From: Elusimicrobiota bacterium
Lineage (GTDB): Bacteria > Elusimicrobiota > Elusimicrobia > UBA1565
Direction: 5' to 3'
Length of the DNA stretch: 15,259 nt
Assembly: GCA_043819795.1 (NCBI GenBank)
Contig: JBDREN010000175.1
Span: 1-15,259 of the forward strand
Part shown: positions 7,941 through 15,104 of the stretch, piece after piece
Numbering within the stretch: the stretch's first letter is position 1
Layout of the letters: the number at the start of each line of letters is the position of its first letter
Translations under genes and position numbers: made by a program
Notes under the pieces: generated by a model
What the model saw: only the letters and a program-made list of their open reading frames with translations
What the model was told of the DNA's origin: nothing
Database searches by the model: none

Positions 7941-9337
7941 GGTCCATCCTGGCCGGCCTTCTCGTCATGGGGGCCGCTCTGGCCGCTGTCGGGGTCAGGG
8001 CTCAGCCTCTCTCTTCCCTCCCGACCCGCAAGCTGAGGGTCGCGGTCATCCTCACGGAGAAGACGAAGACCTCGGTGCGGGAGGGCATGGAGAGGTCTAG
8101 TCGGGCCACGATGCCAGGGGGGGTGACGTTCCGGGCGAACGACGTTTTCGATGCAGTATTGGGTTTTATGGAGGAGGCGTTCCGGACTATCAAGGTCATG
8201 GAAGACCCGCAGGAGGCTATCGCTTTTAGAGCTCATCTGATCTGTGTTATGGACATGGGCTTGGACTTCGTGTGCGAGGGGCTCTCTTGCGAGGCAGACT
8301 CGGCGGTCGAATTGACCTTCAAAACGCCGCCCCCCGCCTCTGAACCCAAGGGAACACTGCGGGCTGCAGTGAAAGGAAAGTCCGCATGGGCCGTCCACAC
8401 TATGGTGAGGGAGGTCGGTGAGAAACTGCGGGTCAGATTGGAGCAGGAGTTGCCGGGGGCCGAAGAATTGCTGGCTTTCGCCGAGACGGCCAAGGTCCGG
8501 AAGCGCCGCCGGTCGGGACGGAGAAGGGCGGGGACTGAGGGGGAGGTCAATGTTAAGCCGGTCCCGGGCCAGGTTTCTGATGTGGACACCCCTGCCTATC
8601 GGTCGGCGGAGGACCCGAATAACTATGCGCTTGTCATCGGCGTGGAGAAGTACTCCCACGTGCCGGAGGCCCAGTTCGCGGAGAGGGACGCGACGGCGGT
8701 CAGGGAGCATCTTCTAGCCCTGGGTTTTCCCGAGCGCAACGTCATCTTCCTCAAAGGTGACCGGGGCGGGCGGGCAGCACTCGAAACCTATGTGGAGTCC
8801 TGGCTGCCGCAGAATGTGAACAAGGATTCCAAGGTGCTCTTTTTTTTCTCGGGGCACGGAGCTCCTGATGTAGAAAGCAAACAATCCTACATCGTTCCAT
8901 GGGACGGAGACCCAAAGTTCCTCAAGAAGACCGGCTATCCTCTCAAGAGGCTCTATTCAAAACTCAATGCGCTTAAGGCCAAGGAGATCATCGTCGCCAT
9001 GGACTCCTGTTTTTCCGGGGCGGGTGGCCGTTCGGTCCTGGCCGAAGGGACCCGTCCCCTGGCCATGCGTATAGAGAAGAGCACGGTCCCTTGGGGCAAG
9101 ATCGTGGTCCTTGCCGCTGCCGACCAGAACGAAGTCACTGGCGCCGAGGAAAGCCAAGGCCATGGGCTCTTCACCTACTACTTCCTTAAGGGTCTCAACG
9201 AGAAGAAGGGCGAAGCCACGGTGAAGGACCTCTATGATTACCTCCTCCCCAAAGTTCAAGACGCTGCCCGACGTCAGAACCGGGAACAGACCCCGAAGCT
9301 GTTGGGGAGCAAGACGGATCTGAGGTTGAAGGATTAG
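7937..9337 (+). CDS. Caspase-family (peptidase C14) exported protein with an uncharacterised N-terminal domain
   Basis: TTG start overlapping the previous TGA (TTGA) with GAGGAG RBS; Sec-type signal MRSILAGLLVMGAALAAVGVRA-Q; YALVIGVEKY, FSGHG, MDSCFSG, QTPKL. Confidence 0.9.
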   Translation: MRSILAGLLVMGAALAAVGVRAQPLSSLPTRKLRVAVILTEKTKTSVREGMERSSRATMPGGVTFRANDVFDAVLGFMEEAFRTIKVMEDPQEAIAFRAHLICVMDMGLDFVCEGLSCEADSAVELTFKTPPPASEPKGTLRAAVKGKSAWAVHTMVREVGEKLRVRLEQELPGAEELLAFAETAKVRKRRRSGRRRAGTEGEVNVKPVPGQVSDVDTPAYRSAEDPNNYALVIGVEKYSHVPEAQFAERDATAVREHLLALGFPERNVIFLKGDRGGRAALETYVESWLPQNVNKDSKVLFFFSGHGAPDVESKQSYIVPWDGDPKFLKKTGYPLKRLYSKLNALKAKEIIVAMDSCFSGAGGRSVLAEGTRPLAMRIEKSTVPWGKIVVLAAADQNEVTGAEESQGHGLFTYYFLKGLNEKKGEATVKDLYDYLLPKVQDAARRQNREQTPKLLGSKTDLRLKD

Positions 9338-9434
9338 GATCTCAAAATGCGCTCATCCGCGATCCTCCTCATCTACCGCCGGACGATGTGAGGAAGGAAG
9401 CACTGGAAACGTTCCGGTCGTTTCTTGGTGAGTC

Positions 9435-9471
9435 GATCTGAAGGGACTCGTCCCGGGACTCGCCAATACCA
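9435..9471 (+). repeat. Imperfect direct repeat, right copy (partner at 5322-5360)
   Basis: Aligns with the left copy as given there; both copies are intergenic and bracket the three caspase genes. Confidence 0.45.
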
Positions 9472-9507
9472 ACCCAGTACGCCCTGAGCAGGCCAATCAG
9501 GCCAATG

Positions 9508-9531
9508 AAAAACCACGTCATTCGACGTGGT
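9508..9531 (-). terminator. Perfect 8-bp hairpin with a U-tract on the minus strand
   Basis: ACCACGTC-ATTC-GACGTGGT (9512-9531); the A-run at 9508-9512 gives a U-tract on the minus transcript. Confidence 0.55.
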
Positions 9532-9544
9532 GTCCGCTCCAGAC

Positions 9545-9649
9545 CTACTGAGACCCGGGGCTATTGACGACCGTATGTCCCTGCAGCTTGAGGCGCAGCT
9601 GCAGGATACGCCTGATGACGGGGTCGTCGTCTATGGCCAGGATCTTCAT
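9545..9649 (-). pseudogene. Truncated response-regulator receiver domain (34 aa)
   Basis: MKILAIDDDPVIRRILQLRLKLQGHTVV is the beta1-alpha1-beta2 start of a REC domain; it ends NSPGSQ* before the phospho-acceptor Asp. Confidence 0.8.
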
Positions 9650-9769
9650 GCTTCCGTCGGATGCTCGTGACGTTCGTATGGTAGCAGATTCTTGAGGGAG
9701 CAAACTCGCAGCGGACGCGGAGGCTTCCTCTTTTGTAAGATATACCCGCATTTCGAAAGGAGGCTCCAA

Positions 9770-11155
9770 ATGACCAAGAAGACGATCCGACCGGCCGAGG
9801 GCAAGCTCGGCATCCTGTTGCCCGGCATGGGCGCCGTCACCAGCACTTTCATCGCGGGGCTCGAGCTCATCAAGAAGGGGCTCGGGGAGCCGAAAGGATC
9901 CCTTACGCAGCTTCAGACCATCCGGCTCGGCAAGCGCTACGAGAACCGCAATCCCCTGATCAAGAATTTCGTGCCCTTGGCCGAGATCGGCGATATCGTT
10001 TTCGGCGGCTGGGACATCTTCGAAGACTCCATGTGGGAGGCCGCGCTCAAGGCCGGGGTGCTGCCCGAGGCGCGGATCCTGCCCGTCAAGAAGGAGCTGG
10101 AGTCCATCGTCCCGATGCCGGCGGTCTTCGACCAGGCCTATGTCCGCAACCTCAAGGCGAGCCAGGCCAAGAAGGGCGCCGACAAGATGGACCTTGCCAA
10201 GCAGCTGATCAAGGACATCGAGATATTCAAGAAGAACTCGGGCTGCGACCGCCTCGTCATGGTCTGGTGCGGCTCGACCGAGGTGTCCATGGAGCAGACC
10301 GCCGTCCACGAGACGGTGGAGTCCCTCGAGGACGCGATGCGGAAGAACTCGCCGGACATCCCGCCGTCGATGATCTACGCCTACGCGGCCATCAAGTCCG
10401 GGATCCCCTACGCGAACGGCGCCCCTAACCTGTCCGCCGACGTGCCGGCGCTGGTGGAGCTCGCCCAGAAGACCGGCACCCCGATCGCGGGCAAGGACTT
10501 CAAGACCGGCCAGACGATGATGAAGACGGTGCTGGCCCCCGCTTTGAAGGCGCGGATGCTGGGCCTGAAGGGGTGGTACTCCACGAACATCCTCGGCAAT
10601 CGCGACGGCGAGGTGCTCGACGATCCCGGCTCTTTCCGCACCAAGGAGAAGAGCAAGATGTCGGTCCTCGACGCCTGCCTGGAGGCCAAGCAGTACCCGG
10701 AACTTTACGGGGACTACTTCCACAAGGTGAGGATCGACTACTACCCGCCCCGAGGCGACGAGAAGGAGGGCTGGGACAACATCGACATCGCCGGCTGGCT
10801 GGACATGCCGATGCAGATCAAGATCAACTTCCTCTGCCGGGACTCCATCCTGGCCGCGCCGATCGTGCTGGACCTGGCGCTCTTCCTGGACCTTGCCAAG
10901 CGCGCGGGCCTCAAGGGCATCCAGGAGTGGCTCTCCTTCTACTTCAAGAGCCCCCAGGCGCGTCCGGACCTCATGCCCGAGCACGACCTCTTCGTGCAGC
11001 ACATGAAGTTCACCAACACCCTCCGGCTCCTGATGGGCGAGGAGGTCATCGACCACTCGGGGCTTGACTACTACGACGTCGAGCTCGGCACGCCGGCTCC
11101 GGTGGAGGCGCCGAAGCCCTACTCGAAGAAAAAGAAGAAGGCCGGCGTCCGTTAG
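9770..11155 (+). CDS. ino1: Myo-inositol-1-phosphate (inositol-3-phosphate) synthase
   Basis: AAGGAGG RBS then ATG 9770; GMGAV, FGGWDI, WCGSTE, ANGAPN, GKDFKTGQT, STNILGNRDG, YYPPRGDEKEGWD, CRDSILAAP. Confidence 0.95.
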   Translation: MTKKTIRPAEGKLGILLPGMGAVTSTFIAGLELIKKGLGEPKGSLTQLQTIRLGKRYENRNPLIKNFVPLAEIGDIVFGGWDIFEDSMWEAALKAGVLPEARILPVKKELESIVPMPAVFDQAYVRNLKASQAKKGADKMDLAKQLIKDIEIFKKNSGCDRLVMVWCGSTEVSMEQTAVHETVESLEDAMRKNSPDIPPSMIYAYAAIKSGIPYANGAPNLSADVPALVELAQKTGTPIAGKDFKTGQTMMKTVLAPALKARMLGLKGWYSTNILGNRDGEVLDDPGSFRTKEKSKMSVLDACLEAKQYPELYGDYFHKVRIDYYPPRGDEKEGWDNIDIAGWLDMPMQIKINFLCRDSILAAPIVLDLALFLDLAKRAGLKGIQEWLSFYFKSPQARPDLMPEHDLFVQHMKFTNTLRLLMGEEVIDHSGLDYYDVELGTPAPVEAPKPYSKKKKKAGVR

Positions 11156-11174
11156 TCGTCCGGACCCGACCGGG

Positions 11175-11210
11175 GAGCATGGGCCGCCCTACGGGCGGCC
11201 CCGCTCTTTA
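11175..11210 (+). terminator. GC-rich hairpin between convergent genes, likely intrinsic terminator
   Basis: GGGCCGCCC-TAC-GGGCGGCCC (11181-11201), extended by GAGC/GCTC, followed by a short TTTA. Confidence 0.6.
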
Positions 11211-11213
11211 TGG

Positions 11214-12032
11214 TCAGCGGGGCTTGATCGCTTCCAGGATCTCCGCGTGGAGCCCGGGGCTCGACGCGGCCACCATGGAGAAGCGTTCGGTGAGGTCCTT
11301 GATATCGGGAAGCGGCCGGCCTTCGGGGTCCGTGATCCGGCCGCCTGATTCGGTGATGAGCAAGGCCGGGGCCAGGAAGTTCTCCGGGGTGACGTCTTCG
11401 CGCAGGTCCACGTGCGCGTCGACCTCTCCCGTGGCGACCATGGCCAAAGAGCGGGCCGCGCAGCCGAAGGCGCGCACCCCGGCGGCCTCCTCGATGAGCG
11501 GGTCGAGGCGCGGGTCCACGCGGCGGCGGCTCAAGTCCAGGGCGACGACGGCCTCCCGGAGCGCGGCGCTCCGGCGGGAACGCACGGGCTTCTCATCGCA
11601 CCAGGCGCCGTGGCCGCGCTCGGCGATCCAGACCGTCCCGGAGAGGAGGTCCCCGAGCAGCGCGAAGCGCACGTTCCCCACGGAGACCGGCTCTCCCGCC
11701 GGGATGAGCGCGGCCGCCATGGCCACGGGGACGATCCCGCGCGCGAAGTTCTCGGAGCCGTCCACCGGATCCACGACCATCGTGAACTCCGGCTTCCCGG
11801 AGCCGATGTCCGTCGGCTCGCCCTCCTCGGAGAGCAAGCGCACGGGGCACGGGAAGCGGTCCCGCAGGTAGGCGCGCACGGCCTCGTCGGCCGCCAGGTC
11901 GAACCACTTCATGCGGTCGCCCTTGGGGTTGTAGCGCTCCCCGATGTCCCGGCGCGGGGAGTCCGACGTCACCACGGCGCGGCGCACGTCGCCGAAGATC
12001 GCCTCGAGATGGATCAGGATGTCTTGGTTCAT
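11214..12032 (-). CDS. Inositol monophosphatase / FBPase-IMPase family protein
   Basis: LSEE, VVDPVDGSENFARG, W.AERGHGA, RAFGCAARSLAMVATGEVD, ESGGRITDPEG. Confidence 0.9.
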   Translation of the reverse strand: MNQDILIHLEAIFGDVRRAVVTSDSPRRDIGERYNPKGDRMKWFDLAADEAVRAYLRDRFPCPVRLLSEEGEPTDIGSGKPEFTMVVDPVDGSENFARGIVPVAMAAALIPAGEPVSVGNVRFALLGDLLSGTVWIAERGHGAWCDEKPVRSRRSAALREAVVALDLSRRRVDPRLDPLIEEAAGVRAFGCAARSLAMVATGEVDAHVDLREDVTPENFLAPALLITESGGRITDPEGRPLPDIKDLTERFSMVAASSPGLHAEILEAIKPR

Positions 12033-12106
12033 GGTGGTCCCATCATACCACTCTCACCCCCCATGCGGAAAGCCGCCGATGGGGTCTTATGAGAGGGGAG
12101 ATGCCG

Positions 12107-12244
12107 GGGCGAGGGGTGGCCCAGTCCCTGTCCGGCGGGGCGTGTCGGAGGCGCGCATACGCATACAGCGCGCCGAGAGCCGAGCGGCGCCCGCAGGGGC
12201 GACCGCGTACCCGCCGGTCGGGCCTGGGACAGGCCCCGTCGCCC
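12107..12244. repeat. Long nested palindromic non-coding element (REP/MITE-like or structured RNA)
   Basis: Nested pairs GGGCGA/TCGCCC, GTCCC/GGGAC, CCGGCGGG/CCCGCCGG and GGCGCGC/GCGCGCC, plus a side hairpin at 12184-12206. Confidence 0.5.
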
Positions 12245-12385
12245 GCCTGATACCGCTTACCTGATCTTTTGGGCGGGTGCGTTCCCCTCATGTCGCGCTG
12301 CGACCCGCGTAGAGTAGCCCCATAAATTCAATTTCCCCAGCGCCTCTTGCTTTCTTTTTAGTCTTTTGCTTGTATATGTAACAGT

Positions 12386-12715
12386 ATGAAGCACACAGTC
12401 AGGACTCGACAGGGGGCAATTCGGAAGCTACCTCCATGGGAGAAGGTCATCCGAGGCAGCCTGATGGAGTATTGGCGAACGTGCGGCAACCGAGGCTGCC
12501 GGTGCTACCGTGGCAAGAAGTTCCGCCATGGTCCTTACTGGTATCTTGCCGTTCGCTGGGCGGGGGGCCGACAGAAGCTGTTCGCTCTCAAGCCGTCCAT
12601 TGTGCCGCAGATACGTCAAGGCATCGCGGCCTACAAAAGGTTGCGGGGCGGGATGTATGAAATCGCCGAGTTGAACCTGGAACTGCTCTTATCGAAGGCG
12701 AGGGGCAAGGGATGA
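12386..12715 (+). CDS. DUF6788-like IS accessory protein 1
   Basis: IRGSL...RTCGNRGCRC...HGPYWYL (GS...CGxxxCxC...H motif); basic, 109 aa. Confidence 0.8.
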   Translation: MKHTVRTRQGAIRKLPPWEKVIRGSLMEYWRTCGNRGCRCYRGKKFRHGPYWYLAVRWAGGRQKLFALKPSIVPQIRQGIAAYKRLRGGMYEIAELNLELLLSKARGKG

Positions 12716-13101
12716 GCACACGGAAGGAGCGAGAAAGCAGGCTGCGCTTGGATATCCTCCGCCGCCGGGAACGCCTCGGTACGCTGCTGGGTCGGTTGCT
12801 GGGGTCGGGGGCGCTGATCCCGGGGAGTATCTATTCTCGCCGGCGCCGTTGCGGCAAGCCTGAGTGCCGTTGCGTCCGGGGACAGCTCCACCAAGACCGC
12901 GTCCTGGCGGTTCGACGCTCCGGCCGGGTGGTGGTGCGTTGCCTCGACCCGGTCGGGGATGCGGCCACCGAGGAAGCCGTCGTCGCCTGGCGGCTGTTCC
13001 GGCATCAACGCCACCAACTGGTCGAGGCCTGCCGGAACCTGGTCCAAATGGTGGATCGCCTGGGCCGTCTGCGCCAAGCTAAGCCCGGGGGGCTTCGCTG
13101 A
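12712..13101 (+). CDS. DUF6788-like IS accessory protein 2
   Basis: IPGSI...RRCGKPECRCVRGQLH; ATGA overlap with the previous gene. Confidence 0.8.
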   Translation: MSTRKERESRLRLDILRRRERLGTLLGRLLGSGALIPGSIYSRRRRCGKPECRCVRGQLHQDRVLAVRRSGRVVVRCLDPVGDAATEEAVVAWRLFRHQRHQLVEACRNLVQMVDRLGRLRQAKPGGLR

Positions 13102-13112
13102 TCGCTCCACCT

Positions 13113-14693
13113 GTGGTCGCCGAGACCCAAACGGCGGCCAACGCTCACGATCTTCCTCCCCAGCTTCTCAATATGGTCTCGGAGTTATATCGACTTGCCC
13201 AGGAAGGGGCTACCGACAGGACCTTCGTGGAGTTAGAGGGGGCCATCGTGGATCGTTGCCGCCAGATGGGCCAATGGGCGATCACGACGACCCTCGGCAC
13301 CCATCCGCTGGCGGCCTCGGACCGGGAGTACACGTGCCCACGTTGCGGCGGGAGGCTGCGCATTCTGCGGCCGGATGGGCATCGGGACCTCCAAAGCCGG
13401 CTGGGTGCGATTTCGTACAATCGTCCTTACGGAACTTGTGATCGTTGCCGGAGATCCGGGGCTCCCGTATCGGGGGCTCCTATGGACTGGGCGCTGGGTC
13501 TTCCGGACGAAGACATCAGCATCGGCATGCTGGAACGGGTCTGCCACGCTTCCATGGTCGCCCGGTCCTTCGCGGACGCAAGCAAGATCACAGAGGTGCA
13601 TGACATGGTAGACATCAGAGCCAAGCGGGTCCGCGAGTTGGCGGAAGGGGAAGGGCGCAGGCTGGCGGAGGTGCGGGACCGGCAAGCACAGGCGTACGAG
13701 CAACACCAACTGGAAATCACGCCCGAACAGTCCCCGGCGCTTTTGGTGGTCTGCGCCGATGGAGGTCGGGTGCAGACTCGCACGGCATTTGCGGAGCGCG
13801 GGGCCAAGGCCAAGGAGCGCCGCGTGGAGGCTCCAGCCCATACGGAGCGCAAGGGCACGGATTCGACCCCACAGAAACAACAAGAGCAGCGCAAGGAGCA
13901 TTGGAAGGAGAACAAGGTCGGCGTGGTCTATGACGCGGTAGCGAGACCGCAATCGGCAGCGGCCTATGGGGAGTATCGCGGCGCCGAGGCGAAGATCAAA
14001 ACCTACGTTGCCACGATGCAGCCCTGGGAATCCTTCGGGTGGTTTCTGCGAGTGGAGGCGGAGAAACGAGGATACGCGAAGGCCAAGGCGAAGCTATTCC
14101 TGGCCGACGGGGCCCCGCATATTCGGGACCTCCAAAGGCTGCACTTTCCGGATGCGACGTTCATCCTGGACTGGCCGCACGCCACCGAGCACGTGTCCGC
14201 GTCGGCGAGGGCGGCCTTCGGGGACGGGACCGCGGAGGCCCAGGCTTGGTACGCGGAACACCGTCAGATGCTATGGGACGGCAAGGTGGACGCGCTGATC
14301 CACGATATCGAGAAACTCGCCCATCGGGCGGGGGCTCCGCGCGACGAAGACCCGGAGGGTTCGCCTAGGAAGGTCCTGCACCGGAACGCCTCTTCCTATT
14401 TTCCAAACAACAGAGAGGCTATAGCCTATCCCAATTTCCGCGCGAAGGGATGGGCCATCGGATCCGGGGTAGTGGAGGCAGCCGTCAAGCAATTCGGAAT
14501 CCGCATGAAGAGCAGCGAGAAATTCTGGAACCTGGGTGGTCTTGGACCCGACACCGACGTCGACAGCTTTGAAGCAGACCAACCGCCAACGGGGGCCGAG
14601 GAGATGTTGGCCCTGAGAGCTCTCTACTTATCGGAAGATGGGCGGTGGCAGAGATATTGGGAAGAACGCGGCCAACCGAAAAAATGGACCTGA
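13113..14693 (+). CDS. ISKra4-family DDE transposase (start uncertain)
   Basis: CPRCG...CDRC zinc motif, VCADGG (D), WKENKVG, FLADGAPHI (D), ILDWPHATEH, GWAIGSGVVEAAVKQ (E), RMK. Confidence 0.9.
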   Translation: MVAETQTAANAHDLPPQLLNMVSELYRLAQEGATDRTFVELEGAIVDRCRQMGQWAITTTLGTHPLAASDREYTCPRCGGRLRILRPDGHRDLQSRLGAISYNRPYGTCDRCRRSGAPVSGAPMDWALGLPDEDISIGMLERVCHASMVARSFADASKITEVHDMVDIRAKRVRELAEGEGRRLAEVRDRQAQAYEQHQLEITPEQSPALLVVCADGGRVQTRTAFAERGAKAKERRVEAPAHTERKGTDSTPQKQQEQRKEHWKENKVGVVYDAVARPQSAAAYGEYRGAEAKIKTYVATMQPWESFGWFLRVEAEKRGYAKAKAKLFLADGAPHIRDLQRLHFPDATFILDWPHATEHVSASARAAFGDGTAEAQAWYAEHRQMLWDGKVDALIHDIEKLAHRAGAPRDEDPEGSPRKVLHRNASSYFPNNREAIAYPNFRAKGWAIGSGVVEAAVKQFGIRMKSSEKFWNLGGLGPDTDVDSFEADQPPTGAEEMLALRALYLSEDGRWQRYWEERGQPKKWT

Positions 14694-14958
14694 TCCCTGC
14701 CTCCACCCTCCAGCAACCCCCTGCGGAAGAAGTACGCCTCGGCAGCCCCCCCTATGTGCCCAAGTCGCTAGTCTGATAGCGTTCTGGTAACATGACTGAC
14801 CACGCCGTTGGAAAAGCCGCGACACGAGGGGAATGCACCCATGTAGATAAATAGGGACAAATAACTATATAAAACTTGCTATAGTTGTCATGTAGAAACT
14901 CGTAAGAGGCATTAGACCGCTTTCGGCTCGGCTCCCCGGCCCCTGCTCCCCGAAAGAT

Positions 14959-14987
14959 AATGTACCCGGCGCTCGAACGCGCGTCAA
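14959..14987 (-). promoter_or_regulatory. sigma70 promoter pointing left, out of the IS91-like element
   Basis: Minus strand TTGACG (14987-14982), 17 bp, TACATT (14964-14959). Confidence 0.65.
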
Positions 14988-15104
14988 GGGGGCTGAATTT
15001 CGAGATGATGCGCGGATGGCGGGCGTCGGCGCAGGGGGCTGGGCGGCATCCCGGGTCCGGCGGAGTCCGGTGGGCAGAGGTGGGGCGCCGGCCGCTTGGG
15101 GACC

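Larger units (their letters stand above)
12275..14840 (+). mobile_element. ISKra4-like (prokaryotic Mutator-type DDE) insertion sequence, 2566 bp
   Basis: TIRs GGGTGCGTTCCCCTCATGTCGCG (12275-12297) and, as reverse complement, GGGTGCATTCCCCTCGTGTCGCG (14840-14818), 21/23 identical; encloses two small ORFs and a transposase. Confidence 0.9.

Noticed and set aside
9347..9391. 14-aa ORF MRSSAILLIYRRTM after caspase 3, a possible stub of a fourth exported gene
   Set aside because: Too short to distinguish from chance.
9400..9568. Minus-strand GTCAATAGCCCC... resembles the start of IS200/IS605 omega-RNA/HEARO scaffolds
   Set aside because: No matching closing stem that I can see and no IscB/TnpB ORF nearby; a degenerate IS end plus terminator is simpler. 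An Rfam search would settle it.
9545..11056. 503-aa minus-strand ORF
   Set aside because: Antisense shadow of high-GC ino1; only its last 34 codons (REC fragment) look like real coding sequence.
14841..14900. AT-rich patch as a possible CRISPR leader
   Set aside because: No repeat-spacer array or cas gene was seen anywhere in the window.
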